DNA of 62,998 bases, filler included, from Olpidium bornovanus S191 (GCA_017911155.1; 30 parts of 30 records of this genome joined end to end with filler, not necessarily neighbours in it), one strand, 5' to 3'. Counted from the whole stretch's first letter, positions 11,018 to 23,227 are shown. Numbers and translations are program-made. The notes: a model not told the origin generated them from the sequence alone.

Positions 11018-11675
11018 NNNNNNNNNNNNNNNNNNNNNNNNNNNNNNNNNNNNNNNNNNNNTTAATTAATTAANNNNNNNNNNNNNNNNNNNNNNNNNNN
11101 NNNNNNNNNNNNNNNNNCCGTCCACTGACGACCGCCTTGGTCGCGTAGTTGGTGTCGCCTATCGACGCGAGTTGTGGCCACTGGTGCCGCCTCAAGCGAC
11201 CGAGCCGGCTCCAGCCGTCGACCTTTTGATCCTTCATGGGTTCGTTTGAATGGGGAGCAGCGAGGACCGGGGGGTGCCTGGCGCGTCCGCAGTTGCTGGC
11301 GAACAAGCTGGGGGGAGGGCGTTTGTTTACTACATAGTTTCCTCTGGCCCTATTTTGTGTGACGAGGGAACTATGTACAAAGGGGGGCAACACGGGTGCG
11401 CGCAGTGCGCGTCTTCGCCCGCCCCCTGGCGCCCGCCCGCCCCCTTTAATTCCAACGGCGGAGCGGGCGCGGAGGGAAGGGGGTCGATTTCCTCGGTCGG
11501 ATCTCCGGGGCGGGCGGGGCGGGCAGCGGGGAGGGGCGGGCAGATCGGGGTGGCGAGCGACAACGGGCCTGAGCGCGCGGGCTGAGGAGAGACGGGCTGA
11601 GGAAGAGAAGGGGGCCGGGGGAAGTTGACTCTGGTGACCACGATAAAGCCCCTTTGAAACACCTGTTCGAGTGTA

Positions 11676-13030
11676 CCGTCTTCCCCCCTCTAAAAGTTAT
11701 CCCCTGTAATGTTATATCCCCTTGTTGCAAAAGGGGGTCTCTCTCTTTTGCCTTCCTTCCTCTCTCCCTTTTGTTTTTGTTGTTTGCAGCCGGCGGGGAG
11801 GCCTGCTTCCACAGGTCTCACCCAGAGGTATGCATCTTTGGTGAACACGTGACCCGTTGAGCGCATCATACGGTTCACAACACCCCTCGTAAGTTATAGC
11901 TTTTTGGCATCAACTTTTCTATTCGGAGACTCGGCTGCTGTCGACTACTTGACTACACACTACTAGCAACTAAAAAATTGGGTAATTTTTGGGCTGCACA
12001 AGGCCAGATGGTCGAAGTTCATATTGGAGGCTACGAAGTCGATCATGGACTTTTCTATCATCTTGTCTGCTGATGTCCAACATGGAGCAAACGGCCTGAA
12101 TTCCTTGCAGTTTGTCGTCTTTGCTGAAGGGATCCTCGAGCTCTGCTGCCTCATTTGCATCAACTGCATTCGCTTCATCGTCATCGTCTTTGTTTTGGAC
12201 GAGTTCAATTATTTTCTCGTCAGACAGCTCGATGTGCACCTCGTTCTCCTCCGCTGGGTTGAGAAGGTAGTCGATGGCCATTGGATTGCGTAGCGGTAAC
12301 TGCTGTAAACAGTTTTTGAGCTGCCGATCAATGTTGTCTTCCGCCGCATTGTTGGCAACGGGCGCCTCTGGGACGACGCCGTCGGGAGTAAACAGTCCCG
12401 TGTGGCGGAAGCAGTTTTTGATTGTTTCCGGGCTGAGCTCATCCCACGCAGCTATCGACCATTGCATCGCAGTGAGCTGATCAGCGGCGTAGATTTTAGT
12501 TTTGCCACGTTCATCTTTGTCAATGGCATTCTGGAGGTGGTAGCGGCGATAGCGGCGCTTAAAAGCGGCAATGATTCCAGCATCCATTGGTTGGATCTTC
12601 GATGTCGTATTGGGTAGTAAAGGACGAACGGTCACATTGGTAGACGTAAAATTGTCGAGGATATGCGAGGGCGCATTGTCGATCAGCAAAAGAATTTTGC
12701 GACCGGCGGTGTGCATTTGACGATCAAGATCTTTCATCCACACCTTTTTATTGCTGCATAAGTAAAAGCCTAGCTGAGCGGCGGTGCCACGTTTGAAACA
12801 GCATGGCTGACGAGCGTGTCCAAGGATGAGGGGCTGGAGCTTGTGTGACCCATCAGCGTTGGCGGTGAACGCAAGGGTGAGGCGGACTTTGTCTTTCTTG
12901 CGTCCCTCGATTGGCTGCTGCGCGATGGTGTAATCGGGAGCCATGCAGTAAAACACGCCGGTCTCATCCATGTTGTAAACATCGCAGAGCGCATATCTGG
13001 CGATATCGGCGCGTAGATCGGGAAGGGCAC
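11676..13030 (-). mobile_element. 5'-truncated pogo/Tigger (CENP-B-like, DDE_1) DNA transposon
   Basis: ORF 11970-13097 has VYNMDETGVFY, KVRLTLAFTANADGS, LLLIDNAPSH and IQPMDAGIIAAFKRRY. It lacks an HTH N-terminus and appears deleted after NKKVWM. A possible 3' terminus starts after TA at 11674, with a CCCCT...AAGTTAT-like motif repeated near 11685 and 11883. Confidence 0.9.
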
Positions 13031-13326
13031 GATTGTGCTGTGGCATGCATGGTTCACAGCCCCGACCGCCGCCCAAGGCTGCCAATGAGGACGCCAAGGA
13101 TGGCGCGGCAGCGGGCGGCGGGGAGGACTCGGAGGCGGGGACGGGACGGTCACGTGACCCGTGGCCCGACCAATAGAATAGCCCCCCTCCAGTAGCAACG
13201 CCACACGCGGTACCCCACCGCCAACCNNNNNNNNNNNNNNNNNNNNNNNNNNNNNNNNNNNNNNNNNNNNTTAATTAATTAANNNNNNNNNNNNNNNNNN
13301 NNNNNNNNNNNNNNNNNNNNNNNNNN

Positions 13327-13833
13327 CATGACCCGGCAGATCGCACTGGCGATCCAAGAAATCCTCCAGCCTCAGGGCGTGGCCGTAATAATGGAGGCGA
13401 GGTGAGAGAGAGAGAGAGAGAGAGTACGGACTGTTTTCGAACCTGGGTGTTGTTTTTTTCTGCAGAAAGCGCGTGCTCGGAGGGAAAGGGGGGGAAGGGA
13501 GGGGAAGGGGGGGAAGGGAGGGGAAGGGGGGGAAAAGGGGGTGGGGTGGGAGGTGGGAAGAGGGGGTTCGTTGTGGTGGGCGGAGTTTCGCTTTTTCAAA
13601 AAAAAAAAAAAAGGAAAAAAAAAAAAGGAAGGGGGCACCGCACACGGCCCCGTTCCTCCCTCACCCCCCTCCCCTCTTCCCTCTGCCCTCCGTTCTAAAA
13701 CAACAGCCACCTCTGCATGGTGATGAGGGGCGTCCAGAAGCCCGGCAGCCGGACAGTGACGTCGTCGATGCTGGGCGTTTTCAGGGACGATCCTAAAACG
13801 CGGGAAGAGTTCCTGACGCTGGTGAAGCACTGA
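13327..13833 (+). CDS. GCH1: GTP cyclohydrolase I, 3' part (exons 13327-13401, 13707-13833)
   Basis: [66 protein letters not shown], the canonical GCH1/FOL2 C-terminus. Confidence 0.97.
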
Positions 13834-14908
13834 AGGAAGAAAAAAAAATTTATATCCGCAGCTTTTCTTAGGTCGCGTCCCTGGGCCTTCTCTCTCTCAC
13901 TGGTTATTCTGCTCCACGTCCAACGACCGACGGCATCCGCTTCTCTCTTCTCGCCCGGGACATCGCTGCTACCCGTCAACGATGGGAGAACAGTATGCGC
14001 CGCCCGCCCGCCCACCGGCCCACCCCCTTTCTCTCGCCTCCAGTTTCCGTTTTCCGGAACAGGGGACGAGGGGGGGGCCATCACCAGAGCAGCCCGCTCG
14101 AACCTGCACGTTCTGCGACACAGACTCCCCGCCCTTACTTGACTGCGAACTTGTATACCGGGAGGGGGGGGGGGGTTGCGTGGATTTTATAGAGCAAAAT
14201 TATCGGCCGCGGTGTTGCGGCCCATTTTCGTATCTGGAAAACGTGTACGCGAGGGGGTTTTACGGATGCGCACATGTGAGGTACTTAGGTCTTCTACAGG
14301 AACTCTGTCAGGACATTGTGCGGGGACCGGCAGGAGAGGCGGCGGCAAACTTGCCTCGCACGCTGCGCGAAGGACAGCAAACCGACGCCGAGACCGCCGT
14401 CTCCGCAGCCAAGTCGCCCTCCGAGCCGAACTCGCTCACAAGCGGCCTCCGCTGAAAGCAGTTTACCCATGATGAAAACACCGGCTTATCCCGGCGGACC
14501 GTGCTAAGTTTCCTCGAGAACCCCGGGTGGCTCCTGCTTCGCGGCCGAAGATTCCTCGAGTCGAAGCGTTCACACCATCCTCCCGGCCNNNNNNNNNNNN
14601 NNNNNNNNNNNNNNNNNNNNNNNNNNNNNNNNTTAATTAATTAANNNNNNNNNNNNNNNNNNNNNNNNNNNNNNNNNNNNNNNNNNNNCCGTTTCGGTGT
14701 CCACAAATACCGCGTGTTGTTTAAAACCCACAGCCTCTCGTTTTCGGGGGTAGGCCCCCCCGCCTTCGGGGCCCCAAGGCGGAAACCCGGCCCCCCGGCC
14801 CTGTTTTTTTGCCAGGTCCCCCCCCCCCCCCCCCCCCGCGTTCCGGCGCGCTCTTCTCGTGAAAACCGAAAGCGCTCCGGGAAGCTGAATCGGTCGGGCC
14901 CTCTCCAG

Positions 14909-15849
14909 GTTCCTCAAAGTGGTGGCGGACGAGATATACCGTTCGCTGCTCCTCGCAAACTTCCTTTTCCAAGCGTCACTCGTCTACCTGGTGCCCTACG
15001 TCGGGCCGGCGATATCGTTTATGTGCCTGTGCTGGCTCGGGTCGTTTTACAGCTTTGAGTACGTTCGGCCAACGGTGCCCTTCCCGGGACGACGCGAATC
15101 GGGAACCCGTCGGCCCGCGCGTCGGCACAAAAAAAAAAAAAAAAAATGCGCCGGATGCGTGGGATCCGGGTGGCTTCGGCAATAAATCAAAAGTTCGTCT
15201 GTCACCTCAATCTGATGTGACGGCACCGCGCAGGTACAAGTGGATAAATCGGGGATGGTCGCTCGAACAGCGGATAGATTTCTTTGAAGAGCGCTGGGCG
15301 TACTTCGTCGGCTTCGGTGAGTTGCCCTTTGTCCAGGTCCTTTTCCTTTGGCGATAACCGCCCTTCCCGCGGGCCGGCGAGGTGGACCAACGCAACGATT
15401 CCGATCCCGCGTGTGCCAACCCGCGTTGCGATGGCCAGGTATACCATCCACGGTCGCTACATTCTTCTTCCCGCAGTTCGTCAGCAGCGGGCTGTTCGCG
15501 CTGTTGTTTCCGATGGTTAGTCGACGGCCAGTTTATGAATACGACGGCCCCACCCCCTCCCGCGGGGACACCCGGCATCGTGCGGTCCTTGACGACGGAG
15601 TGGCAGCTTGCTTTTTGTCCGGTGGTCTGACGCCCGCGGCTCGAAACGCTGCAGTTCATCATCATGGCCATCAGCGCGGAACCGCTGCCGCACCGGCAAA
15701 GCGGCCGGGGCTTCGCGCGTCCGATACCGACGAAGCTGCCCATCTTCGCGCTCGCCAAGCGGGCCAACCTGTTCTGCATCCGCCGCATACCCGCCGCGCG
15801 AAAGCCGCCACCCGCAACCTCGGCTCGGAGGGGGAAACGAGACGCTTGA
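14909..15849 (+). CDS. EI24: Etoposide-induced protein 2.4 (EI24) homolog, 5' partial, spliced
   Basis: ADEIYRSLLLANFLFQ...CWLGSFYSFEY / KWINRGWSLEQRIDFFEERWAYFVGFG / TFFFPQFVSSGLFALLFPM / FIIMAISAEP...LPIF, the EI24 family motifs. Confidence 0.9.
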
Positions 15850-16208
15850 GACCCCCGAGACTCCCCCCCCCCCTCGGGGTTCGTTGCGGTGCCGACGGGG
15901 CTTGCCGATTTTGCGAAGCGCCGCGACTTCGAGACGCGCAAACGAAAACCGGGGGGAACAGGCGGGGAGGGCGGCGGGGCCCGTCGTTTATTTCCGAAAT
16001 GTAAGGGCTTTCCCTTTTCCCTCCCCTTTTTCCCTCTTTGCCCCTTTTCCTCCCCTTTCTGTTGGAGCCAAGCCGAAAAATGCGGAGACGCAGCGAACGN
16101 NNNNNNNNNNNNNNNNNNNNNNNNNNNNNNNNNNNNNNNNNNNTTAATTAATTAANNNNNNNNNNNNNNNNNNNNNNNNNNNNNNNNNNNNNNNNNNNNG
16201 CGGCGTGT

Positions 16209-16251
<43 letters not shown>

Positions 16252-16259
16252 CTGACGCC

Positions 16260-16738
16260 GGCGCAGCAGCGGCGGCGGAGCTCAGCGGCGGTGATGGGGG
16301 GGGCGGCTGCAAAACGCAGCGGCGGCAAAGGCGGCGGTGGCGGCGATGAGCGGCGGCTGCGAAACGCTGCGGCGGCGGCGATGAGCGGCGGCTGCGAAAA
16401 CGCAGCGGCGGCAAAGGCAGCGGCGGCGGAGCGCAGCGGCGCCGGGCGGCGATGAGGGGCGGCTGCAAAACGCAGCGGCGGCAAAGGCGGCGTCGATGAG
16501 CGGCGGCTGCGAAAATGCAGCGGCGGCAAAGGCAGCGGCGGCGGAGCGCAGCGGCGGCGATGCGCAGGGCGAAGCGCAAAAGCGGCGGAGCGCAGCGGCG
16601 GCGGCGGCGGCGATGAGGGGCGGCTGCAAAACGTAGCGGCGGCAAAGGCGCCGGCGGTGAGCGCCGGCGATGCGCAGGGCGAAGCGCAAAAGCGGCGGAG
16701 CGCAGCGGCGGCGATGGCGGCGGCTGCGAAGCTTCGCC
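16260..16738. repeat. GC-rich composite minisatellite
   Basis: Repeated blocks GCGATGAG(C/G)GGCGGCTGC(G)AAAACGCAGCGGCGGCAAAGGC and GCGCAGGGCGAAGCGCAAAAGCGGCGGAGCGCAGC. Confidence 0.9.
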
Positions 16739-16752
16739 GTCAGGTCCGGCTT

Positions 16753-16880
16753 GGGCTCATAACCTGTTGGTAGTTTTTGTGTGTTCGCCGCGCGTGCGAA
16801 GGTGTATTTTGCGCGTTTCAGAGGCGTACTAGTAGTAATACATTGTGGGGTTCCGACCAAACGCAACGTACAACTTAACA
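16753..16880 (-). mobile_element. 116-bp LTR (TGTT...AACA) followed by half-tRNAi-Met PBS; copia-type or TRIM-like element
   Basis: The minus strand reads TGTTAAG...ACCAACA|GGTTATGAGCCC. LTR is 16765-16880 and PBS 16753-16764; the internal region runs straight into the GC-rich minisatellite. Confidence 0.7.
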
Positions 16881-17052
16881 ATTCGGGGCGCAGGCGGTCC
16901 CCGACCCCTTCCCGCCCACTCTTCGAATGCCCGGCAGCGGGTCTCGCCGCGCGTCCCGGAAGGGCCGTTGCTGCCAGCGGCCGCGGCCCGCCCGCCCGAC
17001 CGCCGCATCCCGGGTTCGTCACGGCCCGCGCCGTCCGCCGGCGCGCATCCGG

Positions 17053-17545
17053 CTAGGGTCGGGCTCCGCGCGGAGGAAGCATCGCCTCGGACTTCTTCAG
17101 CGCCGCGATCACAAGGTCCTGTCCCCCGTCGCCGAGGACGCCGTCCAGCTGCAGGCAGTCCTCGGCGCCGAACACGCCTTGCCGGCAGCGCTCCAGCTGC
17201 ACCACGTGCCCGGCCGACCCGAGGGCGCGCGCGACGTCCCGGACCAGGCTGCGCACGTAGAAGCCCCCGCCGCTCTCGATGCGCAGGCGGAAAACCGGCG
17301 CCGGCGGCGGCAGCGTCGGGTCGCGGACCTGCCACCGGAACCGAGTCAGCACGCTCTCCGCCGGATCGCCTTTCGACGCCGGCTGGTGGTAGTTCGTCGG
17401 GTAGTGGTAGGAGTGGTCGCCGGTGAAATCCAGCAGCTCGAGCGAGTACACCTTCACGTCGCGCGCGGCGATTTCGCGCGGAAGCTCCTTTCCCAGCGCA
17501 GCGTACCGGTACAGCGGGGCGCCGTCCATTTTCAGTGCTGAGTAT
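17053..17545 (-). CDS. PUS4: tRNA pseudouridine-55 synthase (TruB/Pus4), last exon
   Basis: YSALKMDGAPLYRYA...SGGGFYVRSLVRDVARALGSAGHVVQLERCRQG, the TruB motifs, with an AG acceptor at 17546-17547. Confidence 0.93.
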
Positions 17546-17960
17546 CTGGTCAAACCGGACACCCACACCCCCCCCCCCCCCCCCCGCCCCCACCCCTCCA
17601 CNNNNNNNNNNNNNNNNNNNNNNNNNNNNNNNNNNNNNNNNNNNNTTAATTAATTAANNNNNNNNNNNNNNNNNNNNNNNNNNNNNNNNNNNNNNNNNNN
17701 NCATGCAGACATAACATTCGTGCTATCGTTCTTCTTTTGAACATTCGGAGGAAGATTTTCTAATCTCTTCTCGGTCTCTCAAAGGCAAAAAAAATGAGAT
17801 TTTGGTAAAAGAGTTCGGGCACTGAGGCCCTACATCTCTGACAGCGGGGGGGCGCCCGAAGCCAATGGCCCCAGCATTGCGCATATGCCAGGCGGCTCAA
17901 CATGCGACCAACCAGCACACGCTGCCCGCACGAGGAGTGGTTAGCTCCTCGCGTCTCGTT

Positions 17961-18040
17961 TGCCCTTCGTGGGACTCGAACCCACGTCTGCCAGAGCAGT
18001 TTTCCGGGGCGACGCGGTAACCAGCCGCACACCCCAGGGC
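17961..18040 (-). pseudogene. tRNA-like relic (Leu/Ser type) or tRNA-derived SINE head
   Basis: Minus strand has an intact T-arm GTGGG-TTCGAGT-CCCAC, a D-like arm GCGG-CTGGTTA-CCGC, a variable arm CTGC-TCTG-GCAG and 5 of 7 acceptor pairs (GCCCT/AGGGC). There is no pairable anticodon arm. Confidence 0.5.
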
Positions 18041-19140
18041 AAAGCGGAAGACGGCGAGGAAATCGTTGGGGTTGCCCTTCAACTCCACCCGCCCCGCACG
18101 CGCCTCTCCCCGCAGCCGAAGCCGCCGCGGACGGGAGCGGCTCCTCCACCACCTCGACGGCAGATGGTGACACCGCCTCGTGGCCGCGCCCCCGCCGCTC
18201 TCCAGGACCCCGCGCTCCACGCCCGCGACGGCGCCGCCCTCCAGGAAGCCGTCCTCCATGGCCGCGACAGCGACGACCTTCTGCATGTCCGCGACGGCCG
18301 ACGCTGCCGGGCATCACGACGCCACCCGTGACGGCCGCGCCGCCGCGCCCCATGATGGTCATGGCGCCCTACGGGGTACCGCCCTCCATGGCCGCGACGC
18401 CACCTCCCGTTACAGCCGCGCTCGCCGGCCTCACGATGGTCACGGCGTTCTCCGTTGTGCCGCCCCTCCTTGGTGCCACCCGAGACGAGCGCGCTGCGCT
18501 CTGTGACGGCTTTTCAGCCGTCCGCTCTCACCGCGCACCGCGTTCGGCCGCCACGAGCAGAAGGCACCGTTCGCTTTTTTTTTTTTTTTGCCAAACAGGG
18601 TGCTGCTTGCGGCCGGAGCCGACGTGCGCACGCGTGCCCGGTGTCATCGCGCCGACGGCGTTCACCGCAATGCATTGGCTGTGGCCTTCAGCCGTCCACG
18701 CCGCGTTCACTGCTGACTGCGTGTTCACCGCCGACCGCGTTCAGCCGTGTTCACCTCCGACGGCATTCAGCCGTCCGCGTTCGCTGTCCAAAGATGCTGC
18801 GCCCAGGCGGTGCTAAACTTTCTTCCTCCCACTGCCACACTGGGTGTTGACTCATCATGGTGAATAACGAAATCCCCCACGACGACCACCCGACGCTCAA
18901 ACAACGTACTCAGAAAAAACTCCTGGAAGTTGCTGCGAATATACACAGCATCCAGTTCTCCAATTTCCAGCTCCCTCCGTTGCTTCTTGACGGGAGTGGA
19001 ACAATGGTAGGATTTCGCACCTCTTCTGAGCTGGGGAAGATGGTTCACCTGCCCGTGAGGCAGTGTCCCTTTGTCACTACAACTAGCTACTCTCCATGTA
19101 GTGGTACTACCCCAGCAGTTTCAGTCTACAGCAGAAGGAC

Positions 19141-19222
19141 GGGTGGTTACGGTTACGTGGCGTGACAGTTACGGTCACGGGCGTGAGGCCAAAAGCGAAA
19201 GAAACTCCTAGGTTCGGGAATT
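19141..19222 (-). repeat. Dispersed repeat end, related to 37613-37717
   Basis: Shares TTCCCGAACC, an identical 18-mer GGAGTTTCTTTCGCTTTT and tandem TCACGCC.GTGAC.GTA.C units with a different contig. Confidence 0.8.
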
Positions 19223-19229
19223 AAAAAAG

Positions 19230-19265
<36 letters not shown>

Positions 19266-19593
19266 CCCCCNNNNNNNNNNNNNNNNNNNNNNNNNNNNNN
19301 NNNNNNNNNNNNNNTTAATTAATTAANNNNNNNNNNNNNNNNNNNNNNNNNNNNNNNNNNNNNNNNNNNNTGGGGGGGGAACAAGAAATCTGCTTGCGCG
19401 CACGGGCACAAAGGGCCAACAAAAAAAAAAAATTGGGCGCCCGTGGGCCTCCCCGGCGGGGGGGGGATTAGGGGGGGACCCGAGAAAGGGGTGGGAAGGG
19501 GGGTGAGGTGGGGGGGGGAGAGACGGTAGGTGGGAAAGGAGGACGACGAGAGGGGCGGGGCCGGCAGAAACAGGCAGGGGCCCGCGGTTCGCC

Positions 19594-20904
19594 TCACTCC
19601 TCCTTGTCATCGTCGACGATCCTCGCCACCCTGAGCATCTTCGCCATGCTCCTCGCAGAGGCGGTGTGCACGTTCATGCCGCCGTTGAAGGCCGAGGAAG
19701 CGTCCTTCCCGCGGAAGCTCTGGAAAACCTTGTGGCCCCCCGGGTGCGACGAAGCGTACGCCTTCGTGTCCAGCACGTACCCGTCGATGAGCACCCACTG
19801 GCGCGCCTCCGGGTCCTCCCGGACGAGCCGGGCGAACCGTTCGCGCGTCATCGCCGGCAGCGCGTCGCGCTCGGGGCCCCAGTCGTACCGCTTGCGCCTC
19901 TCGAGCAGCTCCGCCTCCTTGACCGCGATCATCGCCTTCTGGATCTCGCTCGCGGGCGCCCGGTACAGCTTAGACGCGAGCCCCACGCGCGACAACAGGT
20001 AGATCCCCCACTTGGTCGGGTCCCAGTCCCACGTCCTGACGCCGTTGCGGTAGTCCTTGGGAAACTCGTGGTGGAAGTTGTGGTACCCTTCGCCCCACGT
20101 CAAGAACGCGAGCAGCATCCCTCCCTTGGCGGAGACCCCCCGAGCGAACGGCATCTCCCCGCCCCAATGCGCGAACGAGTTGATCATGAACGTGCAGTGC
20201 CAGATCCCCAGGCGCGCAACGAAGCCAGCCCAGAGGAACCCTCCCAAAGCGTCGCCCCACGTCGCCGCCAACACCGTCGGCAGCAGGAAACCGACGGTCA
20301 TGGCCAGCTGCAGGTAGTACTTGTGCTGGAATTGGACAACTGGAAAGGTGGCCCGGGCGCCCGCGGGACAAAAAAAAAATTCAGCGGCGTTCAAACAGCG
20401 AGCGCAGCGGGCCCAGGGCGGCCGGGTTCCCCCGGCCCGCGCGCCCGGGCGGCGCGCGCGCACAGCCCCTCCCGTCGCCGAAAAGAGAACTTCGCTCACC
20501 CGGGTCTGCGCGAAGGTCGGAGATGTCAATGCTCTTCATGCGCGGGTAGTGCGGCTTTTGGAAGATCCAGCCGATGTGGCTGAAGAGCAGTCCCTTCGTG
20601 GAGTCGTAGGGGTCGTGTTCCGTGTCCGTGTATCTTTTGAAAACGGGGCGCGTTAGAAAAATCGAAAAAATGAGATAGGGCGCCAACAAGTCAGACGCGG
20701 GGCCGACGGGGGGTAAAGGGTTGAGAGGGAGCAGGTGGCAGGGGGACGGGGACGCTCACCTGTGGTGCAGCCTGTGCCGGAGGACCCACCATTTGATCGA
20801 CGCTTGGAAGCCGAGGGTTCCGCAGAAGGCGAGGAAAGCGCGGAGCGGCAGCGAGGCGGTGTACGCGCGGTGTGACCACAGGCGGTGATATCCCATCGTG
20901 ATGC
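19594..20904 (-). CDS. OLE1: Delta-9 fatty acid desaturase with fused cytochrome b5 (5' partial, 3 exons visible)
   Basis: His boxes GYHRLWSH, RHRLHH and GEGYHNFHHEFP.DYRNG; C-terminal b5 with HPGG; GT-AG introns. Confidence 0.97.
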
Positions 20905-21031
20905 CTGCGGAGCGGTTATGCGCAAACCAAANNNNNNNNNNNNNNNNNNNNNNNNNNNNNNNNNNNNNNNNNNNNTTAATTAATTAANNNNNNNNNNNNN
21001 NNNNNNNNNNNNNNNNNNNNNNNNNNNNNNN

Positions 21032-22793
21032 CCATGACCCGCTGGATGTTCTTGAAGCACTTGAGGGCGTCCTTGTGCACGGACTTGTTGAGCACGATCA
21101 GCGGCTGCTTCAGGGTGTCCTTGGTCCAGTTGAGCATCTTCTCGACAGGGACCTTGCGCCGGAATATGCCCTGCTTGTGCGTGCAAAAGTATTTTTGGGC
21201 GTACCCGTTAATCTGGAACTGGTTGATGTCATTCTGCAGCTCTGGGGGCAAGGACTTCAGGCTACTGCTTGATACGACCGAGTCCCGACAGAAAGCGCCA
21301 GACAGCGGCCTGTCAGATCGCATAACGCCGCGGGGGGGCCGGGTGTGGGGGTGGGGGGGGGTGTGATCCGAGATGATCTTCTCAAAAAACTGACATTGCC
21401 GATGGAACAGAAAGTGTGCCCGGCGAGGAACACACCTACGAAATGTCTCCGGTTTCGCGCCGTCTCCGGGTCCTTGCTCGCCCTGTCGCACCGGGCTCAT
21501 CCTAAACGCGGCCTCTGGGTCCGGTTCGTGGAGAAGAAGAAAAATAAAAAAAAGAATACAAAATAAAAAAGAGAAAAAATAGGGAATTGTCGGCAAATCC
21601 AGACGAGGCAGGCTTCGAGAAGGGTGTTCTGCGGCCCGCCTCTAGGACTAACCTCTGTTGACGACCGGATCGCTTATGCCGCCGCTCCTGGCTGCCTCCG
21701 CCGCCGATATCGACTTCCGCGCGTGCTCCAGACGCATTCCTCCGGCGGACCCGGGAGACGAAGCCGCGGCCGCCGCGAAGGGCGCGGACGACGACGGCAA
21801 GGGGGACATCGCCTGGAGACCCGCGTGCCCGGGGCCTCCCCCGCCCGGCCAGCCCGCGGAGGCCGGGGCGCGCGAGGCGCCCGGCCCGGCGTACGCGCTC
21901 TGGTGCTGCAGGGGCGAGCTCGGCCCCGCGGATCGGCCGCGCGCATTCTGCGGCGAGGTGCCGCCGCCGGCGCCGGCGGATCTCGGCGATCCGGCGGCCG
22001 GGAGGGCCGCTCCCTCTGCGGGCGTGGACCCCCGCTTGAGCGCCACAGACGCCCGCTTGCCCAGGGCCGAGTTCTGTATCGACGAGAGCGGTATTATCGT
22101 CCCCGTCGCCGGCCTCGCCCACTCCGACTGGCCCGACAGGGTGTTGTAGTAGTACGGCAGCTTGTGCTGCTCGTCGTAGAGCTCCCACCATTCCCCCCCG
22201 GGATTTTCTCGTCTTCTGATCTCGCGAATAACGGCCCGGCGCAAAGGGCGGGGCGATAGTCAACAAAAAACTGGCCTGCAATCAGGCCCGACGATGCACG
22301 ATGCGGTCCGGTTGCGATCGCGGCGGGTCACGCACATTCTTCCGTCCTCCGGTACGTTCCACTGACATTCCCCGGTAACCTTTTGACGGGCAGGAAAGAG
22401 GGGAGGGGGAGGGAAGAGGGGGCCGGGGAACAAAAAAAAAAAAAAAAAAAAAGGGCTGACGTGAGCGTCCCGGAACGAAACACCCTTTTCTCCCCCCCCC
22501 TCGGTTCTCGCTACCCCCTCCCCCGCCCGCTCCCGCACGTCAGACCGTCGGGGAGCCGGATCCGTCTCTTTTTGAGAGATGCCACCCGTCCGCCCGGTCT
22601 TCCACTCAACTGGATTGGCATAGAAGGCGTTCTGCGTCTGCGGGTCAATTATCCTGATCCACTCCGTGCCGGAGTCTCCGGCGCAGAAGATATCCGACTC
22701 CGGCGACCTCCGCACGGCTTCCGCCAGTTTCGCGCCGAAAAAGCCTTCGGGCGCCCCGTACAGGAAACCTCTTGCTCCATGTTCGCCCGCCAT
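21032..22793 (-). CDS. ARHGAP39: ARHGAP39/Vilse-like WW-WW-MyTH4(-RhoGAP) protein, 5' part
   Basis: WW-like segments EWIRIIDPQTQNAFYANP-VTGECQW and EWWELYDEQHKLPYYYNTLSGQSEWARP, then LPPELQNDINQFQINGYAQKYF...GIFRRKVPVEKMLNWTKDTLKQPL (region leading into MyTH4). Start codon uncertain; the RhoGAP domain lies beyond the contig. Confidence 0.85.
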
Positions 22794-22923
22794 TCACCCG
22801 AACGTGTGGGGTGCGGGGGGTGAAGGGGGGGGGGTGGTGGTTAGGGTGGGAGTGTCCCGATCAGCGGAGGGGAAAACCCGTGGGCGGACGGACGTCCCCC
22901 ACTCTCCTCGAGCCGCGCACTTT

Positions 22924-22966
<43 letters not shown>

Positions 22967-23227
22967 TTTTTTTTTCCCCCCCCCCCCCCCCCCCCCCCCC
23001 CCNNNNNNNNNNNNNNNNNNNNNNNNNNNNNNNNNNNNNNNNNNNNTTAATTAATTAANNNNNNNNNNNNNNNNNNNNNNNNNNNNNNNNNNNNNNNNNN
23101 NNCGGGGGTGGGGGCGCGGGTGCCCCCCCCCCGAAGGTTGATGGGAACGGCGCCCCCAAACAGGGGGCCCGCCCCCCCCCCCCCCCCCCCCCCCCAAAAA
23201 AAAACGCCCTGCGCGCAGCCCACGTAC

